Assembly: GCA_963422645.2 (NCBI GenBank)
Contig: CAXXVO010000002.1
Location: 172,745 to 236,744, forward strand
DNA from: Alphaproteobacteria bacterium
Lineage (GTDB): Bacteria; Pseudomonadota; Alphaproteobacteria; UBA828
Reading direction: 5' to 3'
Length of the DNA stretch: 64,000 nucleotides
Positions 1 through 10,973 of this stretch are shown piece by piece. The stretch's first letter is position 1, and each line of letters begins with the position of its first letter. The position numbers and the translations under genes are program-made. Under the pieces are notes generated by a model, which did no database searches, was not told the DNA's origin, and was given only the letters and a program-made list of their open reading frames with translations.

Positions 1-175
1 GTGACGGTGAGGGCCATGATCCGGATTGCCGGATCGGCCATCTGTTCGATCAGCGCTGCATTTTGTGCTTCGACCGGGACCTGGTCAATTGTTAGACCGA
101 CGATTGGAGTAGGCCCCTGGGGTCGGACAGACAGCTGACGGCGCATGCGCTTGGACAGCTTCACTGGCATCGCTG

Positions 176-946
176 TCAACTCATGTAGTTTCCGCCATCG
201 ACGTTAAGCGTTTGCGCGGTGATGTAGCGCGCGTCGTTGGAGGCGAGAAAGACGCAAGGATCTGCGACATCCGCGGGTACGCCCATCCGGCCGAGCGGCA
301 CGGCCTCGCCCACTTCCCGTTTCTTCTGACCTATGGGCTTGCGTTCGAAGGCCGCGAATTGTGCGTCGACCACGTCCCACATCGGCGTGTCGATCACACC
401 CGGCGCTACGGCGTTGACGCGGATATTGTCCCTTGCGAACTCCAGCGCCAGCGACTGGGTAATGGAGATCACGGCCGCCTTGGTCGAACAATAGATCGTG
501 ACGTTCGCCTCGCCTCGCCTTCCCGCCTGGCTCGCGAAGTTTATGATCGCGCCCCCGCCGCGTTCTCTCATTCCCGGCGCCACTGCCTGGCTCGCGAAGA
601 TCGTGCCGCCGACGTTTACGTCGAACTGGCGGCGGTAGTCCTCCAGTGTCACCAGGCCGATCGGAGCCATCTTGAAAATGCCGGCGTTGTTGACGAGGAT
701 GTCGATCCCGCCCCAATGCTCTTCCGCCGCCTTGACGCCCCTGCGGATGGCATCGAGATCGGTCACATCCATGGCAACCGCCATGCCGTTGTCGCCGAGC
801 GCGTCTGCCGTCTGAACCGCTTCTGCTTCCAGAAGATCCGCGACCACAACCCTGGCACCTTCGTCGGCGTAGGCTTCGCAGACCGCACGCCCGATACCGC
901 GGGCGCCACCGGTTACGAGGGCGACCTTTCCTTCAAGCCGTTTCAT
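176..946 (-). CDS. SDR family sorbitol (L-iditol) dehydrogenase
   Basis: TGGARGIG Rossmann motif, NNAG, YCSTK catalytic motif; last gene of a polyol ABC operon, overlapping the upstream ATPase stop. Confidence 0.85.
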   Translation of the reverse strand: MKRLEGKVALVTGGARGIGRAVCEAYADEGARVVVADLLEAEAVQTADALGDNGMAVAMDVTDLDAIRRGVKAAEEHWGGIDILVNNAGIFKMAPIGLVTLEDYRRQFDVNVGGTIFASQAVAPGMRERGGGAIINFASQAGRRGEANVTIYCSTKAAVISITQSLALEFARDNIRVNAVAPGVIDTPMWDVVDAQFAAFERKPIGQKKREVGEAVPLGRMGVPADVADPCVFLASNDARYITAQTLNVDGGNYMS

Positions 947-1947
947 GAGATGCGTAGGCCCCTTTCGTCGAAGCGATGCAGGTGGTCCAGGTTCGGAGTG
1001 AGATGAATGGTATCACCGTAGTGCAGGTCGATTTCCCCGCCTGCGCGGACGGTCAACGGTTGCGATAGGTCCTTCACGACGACGTGGAAGAATGTATCGC
1101 TGCCCAGATGCTCGGACACGCCGACCGTGCCGGTCCACGTGCCGCTGTTGCTGGTGACGTCGACATGCTCTGGCCGGATGCCCACGGTGTGAGCATCATG
1201 CCTGGCGGCCTCGGGTCCCTCGATGAAGTTCATCTTGGGGCTGCCGATGAAGCCCGCAACAAAGGTGTTCTGCGGACTTCGATAGAGTTCGAGGGGAGTT
1301 CCCACCTGTTCGATTACGCCCAGCTGCAGCACGACGATTTTGTCAGCCATGGTCATGGCTTCGACCTGGTCGTGTGTGACGTACACCATGGTCGTCTTGA
1401 GCCGCGCGTGAAGTTCGCTGATTTCGAGCCGCATGCCCACGCGGAGCGCCGCATCCAGGTTCGACAGCGGTTCGTCGAAGAGAAAGGCTGCCGGCTCCCG
1501 CACGATGGCGCGGCCAATGGCGACGCGCTGGCGCTGGCCGCCGGAAAGCTGGCGCGGGCGCCTGTCGAGAAACTCGGTGAGATTGAGCACGCGCGCCGCC
1601 TCCTGGACGAGGCGCTCCTGCTGGTCCTTCGGGACGCCTGCCATTTTCATCGGGAAGGCGATGTTCTTGCGGACCGACATGTGCGGATAAAGTGCGTAGG
1701 ACTGGAACACCATTGCCAGGCCGCGCTTTGCAGGCGGTATGGCGGTTGCGTCGCTGCCATCGATGACTATTGACCCGGAGGTCACGTCCTCGAGGCCCGC
1801 GATCAACCGCAGCAGGGTGGACTTCCCGCAACCCGAAGGTCCGACGAACACCACGAATTCGCCGTCGTCGACGTCGAGATCCAGCGGCGGGATAACCTCG
1901 ACGTTGCCGAAGGACTTGCTGACCTGCTTCAGCTGTATGCGTCCCAT
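943..1947 (-). CDS. Carbohydrate ABC transporter ATP-binding protein (MalK/SmoK-like)
   Basis: Walker [17 protein letters not shown] signature, [11 protein letters not shown]. Confidence 0.93.
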   Translation of the reverse strand: MGRIQLKQVSKSFGNVEVIPPLDLDVDDGEFVVFVGPSGCGKSTLLRLIAGLEDVTSGSIVIDGSDATAIPPAKRGLAMVFQSYALYPHMSVRKNIAFPMKMAGVPKDQQERLVQEAARVLNLTEFLDRRPRQLSGGQRQRVAIGRAIVREPAAFLFDEPLSNLDAALRVGMRLEISELHARLKTTMVYVTHDQVEAMTMADKIVVLQLGVIEQVGTPLELYRSPQNTFVAGFIGSPKMNFIEGPEAARHDAHTVGIRPEHVDVTSNSGTWTGTVGVSEHLGSDTFFHVVVKDLSQPLTVRAGGEIDLHYGDTIHLTPNLDHLHRFDERGLRIS

Positions 1948-1957
1948 CGCCCCTTCC

Positions 1958-2791
1958 TCACTTTACCGCACCGAAGGTCAAGCCGCGCACGAGTTGCTTC
2001 TGGCTGAACCAGCCCAGAACGAGAATTGGCGCAATTGCCATCACGCTGGCAGCACTCAGCTTGGCATAGAACAGGCCCTCGGGGCTCGAATAGCTGGCGA
2101 TGAATGCCGTGAGCGGGGCGGCCTTGGCCGATGTCAGGTTCAGGGTCCAGAATGCTTCGTTCCAGGCAAGGATGATGTTCAGAAGCACCGTTGAAGCTAT
2201 TCCCGGGACGGCCATTGGCGTGAGGACATGGACGATCTCCTTGCGCGGGGATGCCCCGTCCATTCTGGCCGCTTCGAGAATTTCGCCCGGTATCTCGCGG
2301 AAATACGTGAAGAGCATCCAGATTATGATCGGAAGGTTAATCATCATTAACACGAAGACCAGTCCGATCCGGCTGTCCAGGATTCCCAGATCGCGGAAGA
2401 TGAGATAGATCGGAACCAGCACGCCCACCGGCGGCAGCATCTTGGTCGACAGCATCCACATCAGAACGTGCTTGGTGCGCTTCGTGGGGACGAATGCCAT
2501 CGACCAGGCCGCAGGGATCGCGATCAGAAGACCGAGCAGGGTCGATCCGAACGCAATGATGACGGAGTTCGAAAAGTGTTTCGGATAGTCGGATCGTGCC
2601 TGTACGGCGCCGTAGCTCTCGGCGGTCCAGCCAGTGTTGAACAGCACCTCCAGCGGGGCCTTGATTGCATCGCCTTCTGACTTGAACGACAGGATCACGA
2701 TCCAGAGCACCGGGAAGAACATCAGCAAGCCAAGCGTGCCGGCGACCAGTGTGGTGATGGTCTTGCGGGATGTCGTGACGGAGCGTGCCAT
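1958..2791 (-). CDS. Carbohydrate ABC transporter permease (SmoG-like)
   Basis: Several TM helices, EAARMDGA loop. Confidence 0.9.
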   Translation of the reverse strand: MARSVTTSRKTITTLVAGTLGLLMFFPVLWIVILSFKSEGDAIKAPLEVLFNTGWTAESYGAVQARSDYPKHFSNSVIIAFGSTLLGLLIAIPAAWSMAFVPTKRTKHVLMWMLSTKMLPPVGVLVPIYLIFRDLGILDSRIGLVFVLMMINLPIIIWMLFTYFREIPGEILEAARMDGASPRKEIVHVLTPMAVPGIASTVLLNIILAWNEAFWTLNLTSAKAAPLTAFIASYSSPEGLFYAKLSAASVMAIAPILVLGWFSQKQLVRGLTFGAVK

Positions 2792-2801
2792 GGTGTCCTC
2801 T

Positions 2802-3674
2802 TCACGCGTCCAGGTTCTTGCCGATCATGCGCATCAGGAAGATCGCGACGATATTGGCGAGGATGATGGCAATCACGCCGCCGGCGCTGCCCATACCGAC
2901 GTCGAACTGCAGCAGTGACGAGACATAGATCAGGTAGGTCAGGTTGGTCGTCGCCGTGCCAGGGCCGCCGTTGGTCGTCACGAGGATCTCGGCAAAGATC
3001 GACAAAAGGAAGATCGTCTGGATCAGGATGACCACCGTGATTGCCCGAGCCAGGTGCGGCAGCATGATGTAGATGAACCTCGAGAACCACGCGGCACCGT
3101 CCATCTCGGCGGCTTCGAGCTGATCCTGGTCAAGCGATTGCAGGGCGGTCAGCAGGATCAGCGTGGCGAATGGCAGCCACTGCCAGGATACGATGAAGAT
3201 GATCGACAGGAGCGGAATCTCACCGAAGAACGAGAGCGGCTCCATGCCCAAGCCCTGCGCAAGATGCCCGAAGATCCCGTTGACCGGGTTCATGAACATG
3301 TTCTTCCAGACCAGGCCGGACACCGTGGGCATGACGAAGAAGGGCGCGATGACCAAGATCCGAATAACACCCTGGCCCCACATCGGCTGATTGAGCAGGA
3401 GGGCCATCATCGTTCCGCCGATCACGGTAATCAGCAGCACGCCGCCGACCAACAAGAGCGTGTTGATCATTGCCGCCTTGAAGCTCGGGTCGGTCACAAA
3501 CCAATAATAGTTTTCCCATCCGATAAAGGGATTGGTTCCTGGCGTGATCAGGTTGTAGCGGAGAAAGGAGAAATAGAGGGTCAGGCCCAGCGGAACCAGC
3601 ATCCATCCCAGCAGCAGCACGACGGCAGGCGAAATCATCAGCCTGGCATCGGCGCGGGAAGCTTTGGTTGCCAT
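2802..3674 (-). CDS. Carbohydrate ABC transporter permease (SmoF-like)
   Basis: TM helices, EAAEMDGA motif; ATG at 3674 preceded by GGAGG. Confidence 0.9.
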   Translation of the reverse strand: MATKASRADARLMISPAVVLLLGWMLVPLGLTLYFSFLRYNLITPGTNPFIGWENYYWFVTDPSFKAAMINTLLLVGGVLLITVIGGTMMALLLNQPMWGQGVIRILVIAPFFVMPTVSGLVWKNMFMNPVNGIFGHLAQGLGMEPLSFFGEIPLLSIIFIVSWQWLPFATLILLTALQSLDQDQLEAAEMDGAAWFSRFIYIMLPHLARAITVVILIQTIFLLSIFAEILVTTNGGPGTATTNLTYLIYVSSLLQFDVGMGSAGGVIAIILANIVAIFLMRMIGKNLDA

Positions 3675-3767
3675 GCGGACCTCCCCGAAACTCGACTGCA
3701 TAACGCGTCAAAGCGGCAAGGACCAGTTCGCAGTCCTTGCCGCAGCACTCACACAACCGAAAAAGAT

Positions 3768-3795
3768 ACGTGCCGGTCCGTCCGGACCGGCACGT
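3768..3795 (-). terminator. Hairpin downstream of the solute-binding protein gene (terminator or mRNA-stabilising stem)
   Basis: acgtgccggtccg..cggaccggcacgt inverted repeat followed by ATCTTTTT on the minus strand. Confidence 0.65.
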
Positions 3796-3807
3796 GTAGG
3801 GAGGCGG

Positions 3808-5121
3808 CTACTCGATGTAACCGGCCTTGGTCATTTCGCGGACTGCAAACTGCTGGCCGTTGGCCAGGGCCTCGTCGACAGACTGCTGGCCCGCGAGCGC
3901 AGCCGCGACTTGCTGTCCGACATAGTTGCCGATGCCCTGGAATTCCGGGATCGCGACAAACTGTACGCCGGTATAGGGCACCGGGTCCCTGGTTGCATCG
4001 GCCGGGTTGGCCGCGAGAATCGAGTTCAGCACGGTCTCGGCAAAGGGCGCGGCCTCGATGTATGCCGGGTTGGCGTAAGTCGAGGCACGGGTGCCCGGAG
4101 GCGCCGCAACCCAGCCCTTGGTCTCGCCGACGAGCGTCACGTATTCCTGGCTCGTCGACCAGGCGAGGAACGCCTTGGCCGCATCGACCTGCTTCGAGCT
4201 TGCCGGGATCGCCAGCGCCCAGGCCCAGAACCAGCCTGTGCCCTTGTCGGTCACCTGCTTCGGTGCCTGGAAGAAACCGGTCGTGTCGGAGACAGACGAT
4301 TCAGCCGGATTGTAGATGTAGCCGGCAGCCGAGGTTGCGTCGACCCAGGTGGCGCACTTGCCGTCGGCAAAGAGCGCACGGTTTTCGTTGTGACCGTTGG
4401 ATTCCGCACCCGGAGGACCGTAGTTGTGCATCAGGTCCACATAGTAGGTGAGCGCAGCCTTCCACTCGGGGCTGTCGATCGTCGGGTTCCATTCCATGTC
4501 GAACCAACGCCCGCCGAAGGCGTTCACCAGCGGACCGACAAAGGCCATGTTCTCGCCCCAGCCGGCCTTGCCGCGCTGGCAGGTCCCGAAGACACCGTTG
4601 TCCGGATCATGCACCTTGGCCACGATCTCGGTCAACTCGTCGTAGGTGATCTGCTCGCTGGGGGCCTCGATGCCGGCCTGCTCGAACAGGTCCGTGCGAT
4701 AGAAGGTAAACGAGCTTTCCGCATAGAAGGGGACCGCGTAGAGCTTGCCGTTGGCCGAAAGCCCATTGCGGACAGGCTCGAAGATGTCGTCATAATTGTA
4801 TGCGTCGCCCAGGTCGTCGAGTGGCTCCAGCCAGTCCTGCGCACCCCAGATCGGAGCCTCATAGGCACCGATGGTGATGACGTCGAACGACCCGCCGCCG
4901 GTCGCAATGTCGGTCGTGACGCGCTGGCGCAGCACGTTTTCCTCGAGCACGACCCAGTTCAGCGTGTGTCCGCTGGCCTCTTCGAACTGCGATGACAACT
5001 CCTGCATGATGATCATGTCCGAGTTGTTCACCGTGGCAATCGTCAACTCAGCCGCGCTCGCAGCTGTGGTGGCCGCCACCAGAGCAGTCGCGCCAACCAA
5101 TGCGCTTGCAAGTTTCATCAC
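3808..5121 (-). CDS. Polyol (sorbitol/mannitol) ABC transporter solute-binding protein (SmoE-like)
   Basis: Signal peptide followed by TIATVNN and WVVLEENVLRQRVTTDIAT, typical of SmoE. Confidence 0.88.
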   Translation of the reverse strand: MMKLASALVGATALVAATTAASAAELTIATVNNSDMIIMQELSSQFEEASGHTLNWVVLEENVLRQRVTTDIATGGGSFDVITIGAYEAPIWGAQDWLEPLDDLGDAYNYDDIFEPVRNGLSANGKLYAVPFYAESSFTFYRTDLFEQAGIEAPSEQITYDELTEIVAKVHDPDNGVFGTCQRGKAGWGENMAFVGPLVNAFGGRWFDMEWNPTIDSPEWKAALTYYVDLMHNYGPPGAESNGHNENRALFADGKCATWVDATSAAGYIYNPAESSVSDTTGFFQAPKQVTDKGTGWFWAWALAIPASSKQVDAAKAFLAWSTSQEYVTLVGETKGWVAAPPGTRASTYANPAYIEAAPFAETVLNSILAANPADATRDPVPYTGVQFVAIPEFQGIGNYVGQQVAAALAGQQSVDEALANGQQFAVREMTKAGYIE

Positions 5122-5195
5122 AGGTTCCTCCCTGTTAGCTTCGTGGATGCAGCGGAGGCACCTAACGCCATCCTCAATGTCGAGTCAACCAAATA

Positions 5196-5210
5196 CTTTA
5201 CGCACGGAAA
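5196..5210. promoter_or_regulatory. Candidate LacI-family operator upstream of the solute-binding protein gene
   Basis: ctttacgcacggaaa is a near-palindrome; a related copy, ctttacgcgcggcat, lies at 6331-6345 upstream of the LacI gene. Confidence 0.5.
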
Positions 5211-5232
5211 CTTTCGCGACGACATGGCTCGG

Positions 5233-6258
5233 TCAGGCCGACAATCTGAGCACCAGGCTGCCTTCGAAGAGCTCCTCCGGGCGCTCGCCGGCGGGCTCGG
5301 CACCGTCGATGAGTTCAAACAGGATCTCGACGCTGCGCTCGGCTATCGCCTTGTAATCCTGGGAGACCGTCGTGAGGGGTGGACAGGTGAACTGCGACCA
5401 GGGATGATCGTCGTGCCCGGCGACCCGGAGCGCGCATCCCGGCCCATGCCCGACGCGTAGCCCTTTCTGGTAGGCCGCCGCGATCAGGCCGATTGCCAGA
5501 CGGTCGTTGCTGCACAGCACCGTGTCCGTGGGAAGCGCGCGCTCCTCGATCAGGCGCATGCCTTCTTCATACCCGATTTGCTCGAACTCCCAGTCACCAC
5601 CCGCCACCCGTATGACTCTGGGGTCGAGACCCAGGCGCTCCATGGCCTGGACATAGGCATCCCGGCGCTTGTTCGCGTTCGGGTTGACCGGCGGCATCTC
5701 GAGAAAGCAGGGCGGCTCTCCGGTGCGGCTGAGATATTGCACGATCAAGGGAATGCTTTGGAAGTTGTTCGTTCCCACGAAAGCCTTGCCCACCTCTAGG
5801 TTGCTGTCGAAGACGACCGTCGGCACCTCTTCAGTAAAACGTTGCACGCCCTCGAGATCAGAGCTTCGCCCAAGCGGCGCGATCAGGGCACCAGCCGGGC
5901 GCAGTGACTGCAACGTGGCAAGCGCGTTGTTCTCCAGATTCTTCTGGCCGTGTGCGCTGAACACGATCGGCCAGTAGCCCGCACTCATGCACTGCCGCTC
6001 GATCAGGCGGACGATTTCGGCAAAGAAGGGATCCGCGAGATAAGGCACCAGGATTCCGATTGTCTTCGTAAGCTTCCGGTTCTGGTTGATTGCAAAGATG
6101 TTCGGCCGGTAATCGTACTTCACCAGGGCGCTCTCGATCCGGGCGCGAGTCGATTCCCGTACGCTCTCAGGATCGTGGAAGTACTTCGATATCGTCGGGC
6201 GCGAAATGCCGCTGACCTCGGCGAACTCCCCCATGTTCCTGATCTTCCTGACAGACAT
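5233..6258 (-). CDS. LacI family transcriptional regulator
   Basis: N-terminal HTH (EFAEVSGISRPTISKYF), YRPN hinge, C-terminal PPLTTVSQD. Confidence 0.92.
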   Translation of the reverse strand: MSVRKIRNMGEFAEVSGISRPTISKYFHDPESVRESTRARIESALVKYDYRPNIFAINQNRKLTKTIGILVPYLADPFFAEIVRLIERQCMSAGYWPIVFSAHGQKNLENNALATLQSLRPAGALIAPLGRSSDLEGVQRFTEEVPTVVFDSNLEVGKAFVGTNNFQSIPLIVQYLSRTGEPPCFLEMPPVNPNANKRRDAYVQAMERLGLDPRVIRVAGGDWEFEQIGYEEGMRLIEERALPTDTVLCSNDRLAIGLIAAAYQKGLRVGHGPGCALRVAGHDDHPWSQFTCPPLTTVSQDYKAIAERSVEILFELIDGAEPAGERPEELFEGSLVLRLSA

Positions 6259-6491
6259 TCGTCCCCATCCCTGCTAGTGCCGCGAGGTTGCCGGATCACC
6301 GATACTGGAAGGGTTTCACTTATGGCAATTCTTTACGCGCGGCATTTTCTACATTGACAGTAGTGCCTCGATTGGGCGACGGTCAACAAGATGTTGCAAT
6401 TGCCGTGTCGCGCTTGTCAGGGACGGGCGCAAACCGTGGATCGGAATCCCGGGCTGCTCGTGTCCGGGGAGCGGGACCGGTCGGGGAATAG

Positions 6492-6562
6492 ATGAAGAAG
6501 GTTGTCGTAATCGGAGAAATCCTCGTCGAGATCATGGCCGACACGGCTGGCGATGGATTCCT
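6492..6562 (+). pseudogene. 5' fragment of a PfkB-family sugar kinase truncated by IS66
   Basis: MKKVVVIGEILVEIMADTAGDGF matches the PfkB N-terminal IGE(I/A)LV(E/D) pattern and is cut at the IS66 IRL. Confidence 0.65.
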
Positions 6563-7768
6563 GTAACTGCCCAGGTCGTCTGATTTGTCATTTTGGGCCA
6601 GTGGATTGAGGCGTTTCTCGTTCGGAGTTGGTGGAAAGGGCTTGACGGGAATTTCGGGAAATGACTCAACAACGACATGAGCAATCCCGAGTCGCCGCGC
6701 GGCCCTTCGACGGGAGCAGCGCCCGAAACGCCCGCGCAGAAGATCGCCCGCCTGGAGGAGGAGAACGCCCGGCTTCGGGAGGAAAATGCCTGGCTTCGGC
6801 AGCAGAACGCGCGGCTGGAAGAGCAAGTCGCGCGTCTCGTCGAGCGCATCGAGGAGTTGGAGCGCCGTCTCGGCCTCAACAGCGGCAACAGCGGCAAGCC
6901 GCCTTCGAGCGATGGGCTGAGGAAGCCGAATTCGAAGCGGCGAACCCGAAGCCTGCGCGGCAAATCGGGCCGCAAGCCCGGTGGCCAGCCCGGCCACAAG
7001 GGCAAGACGCTGCGCCGCGCCGATCACCCGGATCGGGTGAAGGATCACGTCCCGGCTTCCTGCAAGGGATGCGGTTCGCCGCTTTCGGACGCGGCCAGGG
7101 CGGGAACGCCCGTCGCCCGCCAGGTGTTCGATCTGCCCGAGCCGAGCCCCCTGGAGGTGACCGAGCACCGGGCGCATGCCAAGTGCTGCGGGCATTGCGG
7201 GACGGTGACCCGGGCGGCGTTCCCCGACGGGGTGTCGGCGCCGGTGCAGTACGGCCCGCGCATTGCCGGGGTGGCGGTCTACCTTCAGCACGCTCACTTC
7301 CTGCCGGAGGATCGGCTGTCGCAGGTGATGGCCGAGCTCTTCGGCGCGCCGGTGACGGCTGCGACGTTGGCGACGATGAGCGAGAGGGCGGCCGAGCGGC
7401 TTGCGGGACGCGGCCTTGCACATACAGGACCTGGCGGCGGGCACGGCGCGGGTGAAACACATGGACGAGACCGGCTTGCGGATCGGCGGTCAGACGCAGT
7501 GGCTTCATGTGATCTGCACGCCGCTGCTGGCGGCGTACCGGGTCAGCGGCAAGCGCGGCGCCCTGCTCTCGGGTGTCTCCGGCATCGTCGTGCACGATCA
7601 CTGGAAGCCGTACTTCGCGATGGAAGGGGTGGAGCACGGCCTGTGCAACGCCCATCACCTGCGGGAGTTGCAGGCGCTGGTGGACATCGAAGGGGAGGCT
7701 TGGGCCCGGCGGATGCAGCAGCTCCTGCGCCGAGCCAATCGCGCCGCCCGCATCGCGCTGGACAAGGA
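6563..7768 (+). mobile_element. IS66-A (tnpC-only, ISBst12-like organisation), 3' truncated and frameshifted
   Basis: Begins GTAACTGCCCAGG; near-identical to 51439-53326; extra T near 7401; cut by an element X end at 7769. Confidence 0.9.
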
Positions 7769-7841
7769 TCAGACTTCCTGACCTCTGCTGATTTTAGGTG
7801 ACACGAGCCGCGCGGATTCCGAGGCCCCGTCGATGTCGTAG
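7769..7841 (-). mobile_element. 73-bp terminal stub of element X
   Basis: Identical to 61420-61492, including the TIR TCAGACTTCCTGACCTC. Confidence 0.9.
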
Positions 7842-7874
7842 CTCAAGGTGGTCCAAGGTGGCTCAAGGTGGTCC
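7842..7874. repeat. Short tandem repeat, 10-bp period, CAAGGTGG x3
   Basis: ctcaaggtgg tccaaggtgg ctcaaggtgg tcc. Confidence 0.7.
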
Positions 7875-8282
7875 GCAGCGGGCGGTTCATAGTGGCTCAT
7901 GGCGAGCCAAGGCGGCGCCTCGCAGGGGTGTGGCGCTCCTGCCGCTCCGCCGGTTCTGCGTCCGCATGGTGAATTCCCTCTTCCCAATAGGCCTGGAGCG
8001 CGGCTTCTCCCTCCACCGCCGCCGTCCGCTCTCCCCAATAGCCTTCGACGGCGGCGCGGATGGCCGCAACAAGTGCGGCCATGACGTCATGGTGGTGGCT
8101 TCGCTTGCCGCCCACGCAGACTGCTCCCATGCCTCGCCCGACACTGAACCGAGGCCCACGGTGGAAGGGCGCGGCGCTTCTGAGGCCAGGAAGCACCTAC
8201 CCCGGCTGCTCCACCTTGCGCTTGACCGGCAACCGGGGCGGGCGTAACCCGTTGTCAGCAAACGGCGAGGCTCGGGAGCATC

Positions 8283-9650
8283 ATGGACGAGCGGCAGCAG
8301 CTCCTCGCGGCGATCGAGAGTTTTTGTGAGCGGGAGGGCATGACGCCCGCCGCCTTCGGCCGCAAGGCCATGGGCGACGGGCGTTTTGTGGGCAGGCTGC
8401 GCGACGGCAGGCAGGTGAGGGCGGCGACGCTCGCCAAGGCACGGCAGTTCCTCGCGGATCATGCGCCGAACGATGGCGAGGCGGCTGCTGCGCCCGGCCG
8501 GCCGGCCGGGCCTGCGGGGAGCGACGAGAAGGGCGCCTTCCGCTTCTACGACAATCGCCAGAAGTACCTGATGTTCGTCAACACCTGCAGCGAGAAGTGG
8601 GTGGTCTCCGAGCGCGCCGGGATGGAGCTCGGCCTGGTTCATCCGCGCCCGCCGGCGCTCCGGGTGTTCGACGCCGGCATGGGCGACGGCACCGTGCTCA
8701 TCGGGGTCATGCGCCAGATGCACCGGCGCTTCCCGACCTTTCCCTTCTACGTCGTCGGCAAGGAGATCTCGGTGGAGGACGTGCGCCTCTGCCTCGAGAA
8801 GATGCCGGACCGGCTCTTCGAGCATCCGGCGACGGTGCTGGTGGTCACCAACATGCACTACTCGGAGGCGCCCTCGCTTCAGCCCCGCTCGATGCAGGCG
8901 GCGGCGACGCTGAACTGGATCGAGACGCCGCTATCCGGCAACACCTCCCACGAGTTCCACGAGCAGATCGCGGCGCTCCAGCCCACCCTCGCTGAGACCT
9001 GGCGCGTGCGGCAGAGCCCGAAGACCGGCAATCCACTCTACGCCCGCGCGTCGGTGCTGGTGCTCTACCGCGAGGACCACAAGTTCCTGCTCGACCCCGT
9101 GATCCCGCGCCCGGGCCGGGCCAGCGACGGCTACGACCTGGTCATCGCCTCCCAGCCCTACCGGGCGCGGATGCCTGCCAAGTTCAAGGTCCAGAAGGTT
9201 CTGGCCCCGCTTTCGCGCAGCCTGGCGCCGGGCGGGCGGCTGCTCTGCATCCAGTCCCACGGCGGCGATCCCGGGCTCGAGATAGTCCGAAAAATCTGGC
9301 CGGACGAGCAGCCCTTCCAGACCGACCGCCACCTGCTGCTCAAGGCGCTCAAGGACGAAATCGGCAAGAGCCGGCGCGACCTCAGGTACAACGCCTATTC
9401 TGACCGCCGCGCGCTCTTTCGCTACGACATGCACACGCTGCCGACCGAGATCGAAGGCTCCAGCATCGGCACCTCGACGCTCTTCGCTGCCTGGAACGCG
9501 GCGATCTATGTCTCGCAGATCGAGGACGCGCGGCTGGAGGGCGTGGTCGCCGACGGCTCCTATCTGGACGCCACGCGCGAGGTCCTGAGCGCCCACGGCG
9601 GGCTCTGGTTCTACGACGAATCCTTCGTGGTCTCGCGCCGCCGCGACTGA
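8283..9650 (+). CDS. Hypothetical protein: N-terminal HTH-like domain fused to a SAM-dependent methyltransferase-like fold
   Basis: MTPAAFGRKAMGDGRFVGRLRDGR HTH-like module, Ala/Pro linker, VFDAGMGDG glycine motif, YDLVIAS, LAPGGRL. Confidence 0.7.
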   Translation: MDERQQLLAAIESFCEREGMTPAAFGRKAMGDGRFVGRLRDGRQVRAATLAKARQFLADHAPNDGEAAAAPGRPAGPAGSDEKGAFRFYDNRQKYLMFVNTCSEKWVVSERAGMELGLVHPRPPALRVFDAGMGDGTVLIGVMRQMHRRFPTFPFYVVGKEISVEDVRLCLEKMPDRLFEHPATVLVVTNMHYSEAPSLQPRSMQAAATLNWIETPLSGNTSHEFHEQIAALQPTLAETWRVRQSPKTGNPLYARASVLVLYREDHKFLLDPVIPRPGRASDGYDLVIASQPYRARMPAKFKVQKVLAPLSRSLAPGGRLLCIQSHGGDPGLEIVRKIWPDEQPFQTDRHLLLKALKDEIGKSRRDLRYNAYSDRRALFRYDMHTLPTEIEGSSIGTSTLFAAWNAAIYVSQIEDARLEGVVADGSYLDATREVLSAHGGLWFYDESFVVSRRRD

Positions 9651-9671
9651 GGCCGCGAGCAGGCTGCCGGC

Positions 9672-10892
9672 TCACATCCCGTCGATCGTCGCGGCGTCGG
9701 CCGCAGGCTCGTAGAACACGAAGTCCTCTGCGTCGAGATTGTCCGCGGTGGTGTCCGCGAGCCGGATCGTGCCCCCGCCATGGCTCGTGAGGTCGATCAC
9801 CGCCGTGTTCGCGTAGTTCGTGATTTGCAGATCGTCGAAGCCCGAGATCTCCGTGAACGCGGAGAGGTCGATCCTGTCCTGGCCGCCCGCGAAATCCACG
9901 ACCGTGTCGTAGCCGCACTCCGCCCCGAAGGCGAAGACATCCGCGCCCTCGCCGCCCCTGAGCTCGTCGTCGCCCTCGCCGCCGTGGAGGAAGTCGTTCT
10001 CGGTCCCGCCGTCGAGCTTGTCGTCGCCCTCGCCACCGAAGAGCCGGTCGCGCCCCGCGCCGCCTTCGACGGTGTCGTCGCCCTCCTCTCCGAAGAGGTC
10101 GTCGGCGCCTTCCTTCCCCTCGATCCGGTCGTTGCCTTCGCCGCCCAGGATGGTTTCAGGCGCACCACCGCCGATGAGGCTGTTGCCGTCCGAATCGCCG
10201 AGCACGAGCGAGGAATTATGGTCGTGGATGGACGGCGGGGTTCCGTCGGGCAGGGCGAAGTTCAATGCCGAGAGTTCGGCCGCGGCGAGACCCCTGAGCT
10301 CGATCGAGCCGTCGAGTGCTGCGTGCGTGATGCAGACCCCACTCCCGTCCTCCTTGTCGACGATGGAGAGGTCGGTGAACGCGATCGCCTCGGGCAGCAG
10401 GCGCAGGTCGATCACGTCCTTGTTCACCTCGAATTCGTAGATGACGTCGTCGCCCGCTTCCGCGCTGTAGACGAAGGTGTCCGCGCCGCTTCCGCCAATC
10501 ATGGTATCGTCGCCGGACCCGCCGATCAGGACGTCGTTTCCGACGCCGCCGCGCAGGGTGTCGTTGCCCTCACCGCCCCACAGGTGATCGTTGCCGACGA
10601 AGCCGACGAGGTGGTCGTCGCCGGTGTCCCCCAGCAAGAAGTCATCGCCGGTGCCGCCGTTGACGAAATCGTTGCCGCTCCCGCCGCGCACGGCGTCGCT
10701 GCCTCCTCCGCCGCGCACGACGTCGTCGCCCGATCCGCCGAGCACCACGTCGTGCCCCCCGTTGCCCTGCAGGGCGTCGCTGTGGCTGCCGCCTTCGATG
10801 ACGTCGTTGCCGCCGTGGCCGTCGACGGTGTCATGGCCCTCGCCGCCGATCAGGATGTCGTCTTGCTGCGTCGCTTCATTCCGGTTGGCCAT
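9672..10892 (-). CDS. RTX/hemolysin-type Ca-binding repeat protein (paralog 3)
   Basis: Many GGxGxDxLx nonapeptides, very acidic, C-terminus DFVFYEPAADAATIDGM. Confidence 0.88.
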   Translation of the reverse strand: MANRNEATQQDDILIGGEGHDTVDGHGGNDVIEGGSHSDALQGNGGHDVVLGGSGDDVVRGGGGSDAVRGGSGNDFVNGGTGDDFLLGDTGDDHLVGFVGNDHLWGGEGNDTLRGGVGNDVLIGGSGDDTMIGGSGADTFVYSAEAGDDVIYEFEVNKDVIDLRLLPEAIAFTDLSIVDKEDGSGVCITHAALDGSIELRGLAAAELSALNFALPDGTPPSIHDHNSSLVLGDSDGNSLIGGGAPETILGGEGNDRIEGKEGADDLFGEEGDDTVEGGAGRDRLFGGEGDDKLDGGTENDFLHGGEGDDELRGGEGADVFAFGAECGYDTVVDFAGGQDRIDLSAFTEISGFDDLQITNYANTAVIDLTSHGGGTIRLADTTADNLDAEDFVFYEPAADAATIDGM

Positions 10893-10973
10893 CGCTGCCT
10901 CCTGTTGGCTTGTCCATGTGTTTGATTCGATATCGGGCCGAGCGGGGAATTCTCCTCGGCACCGAGAAACCCG

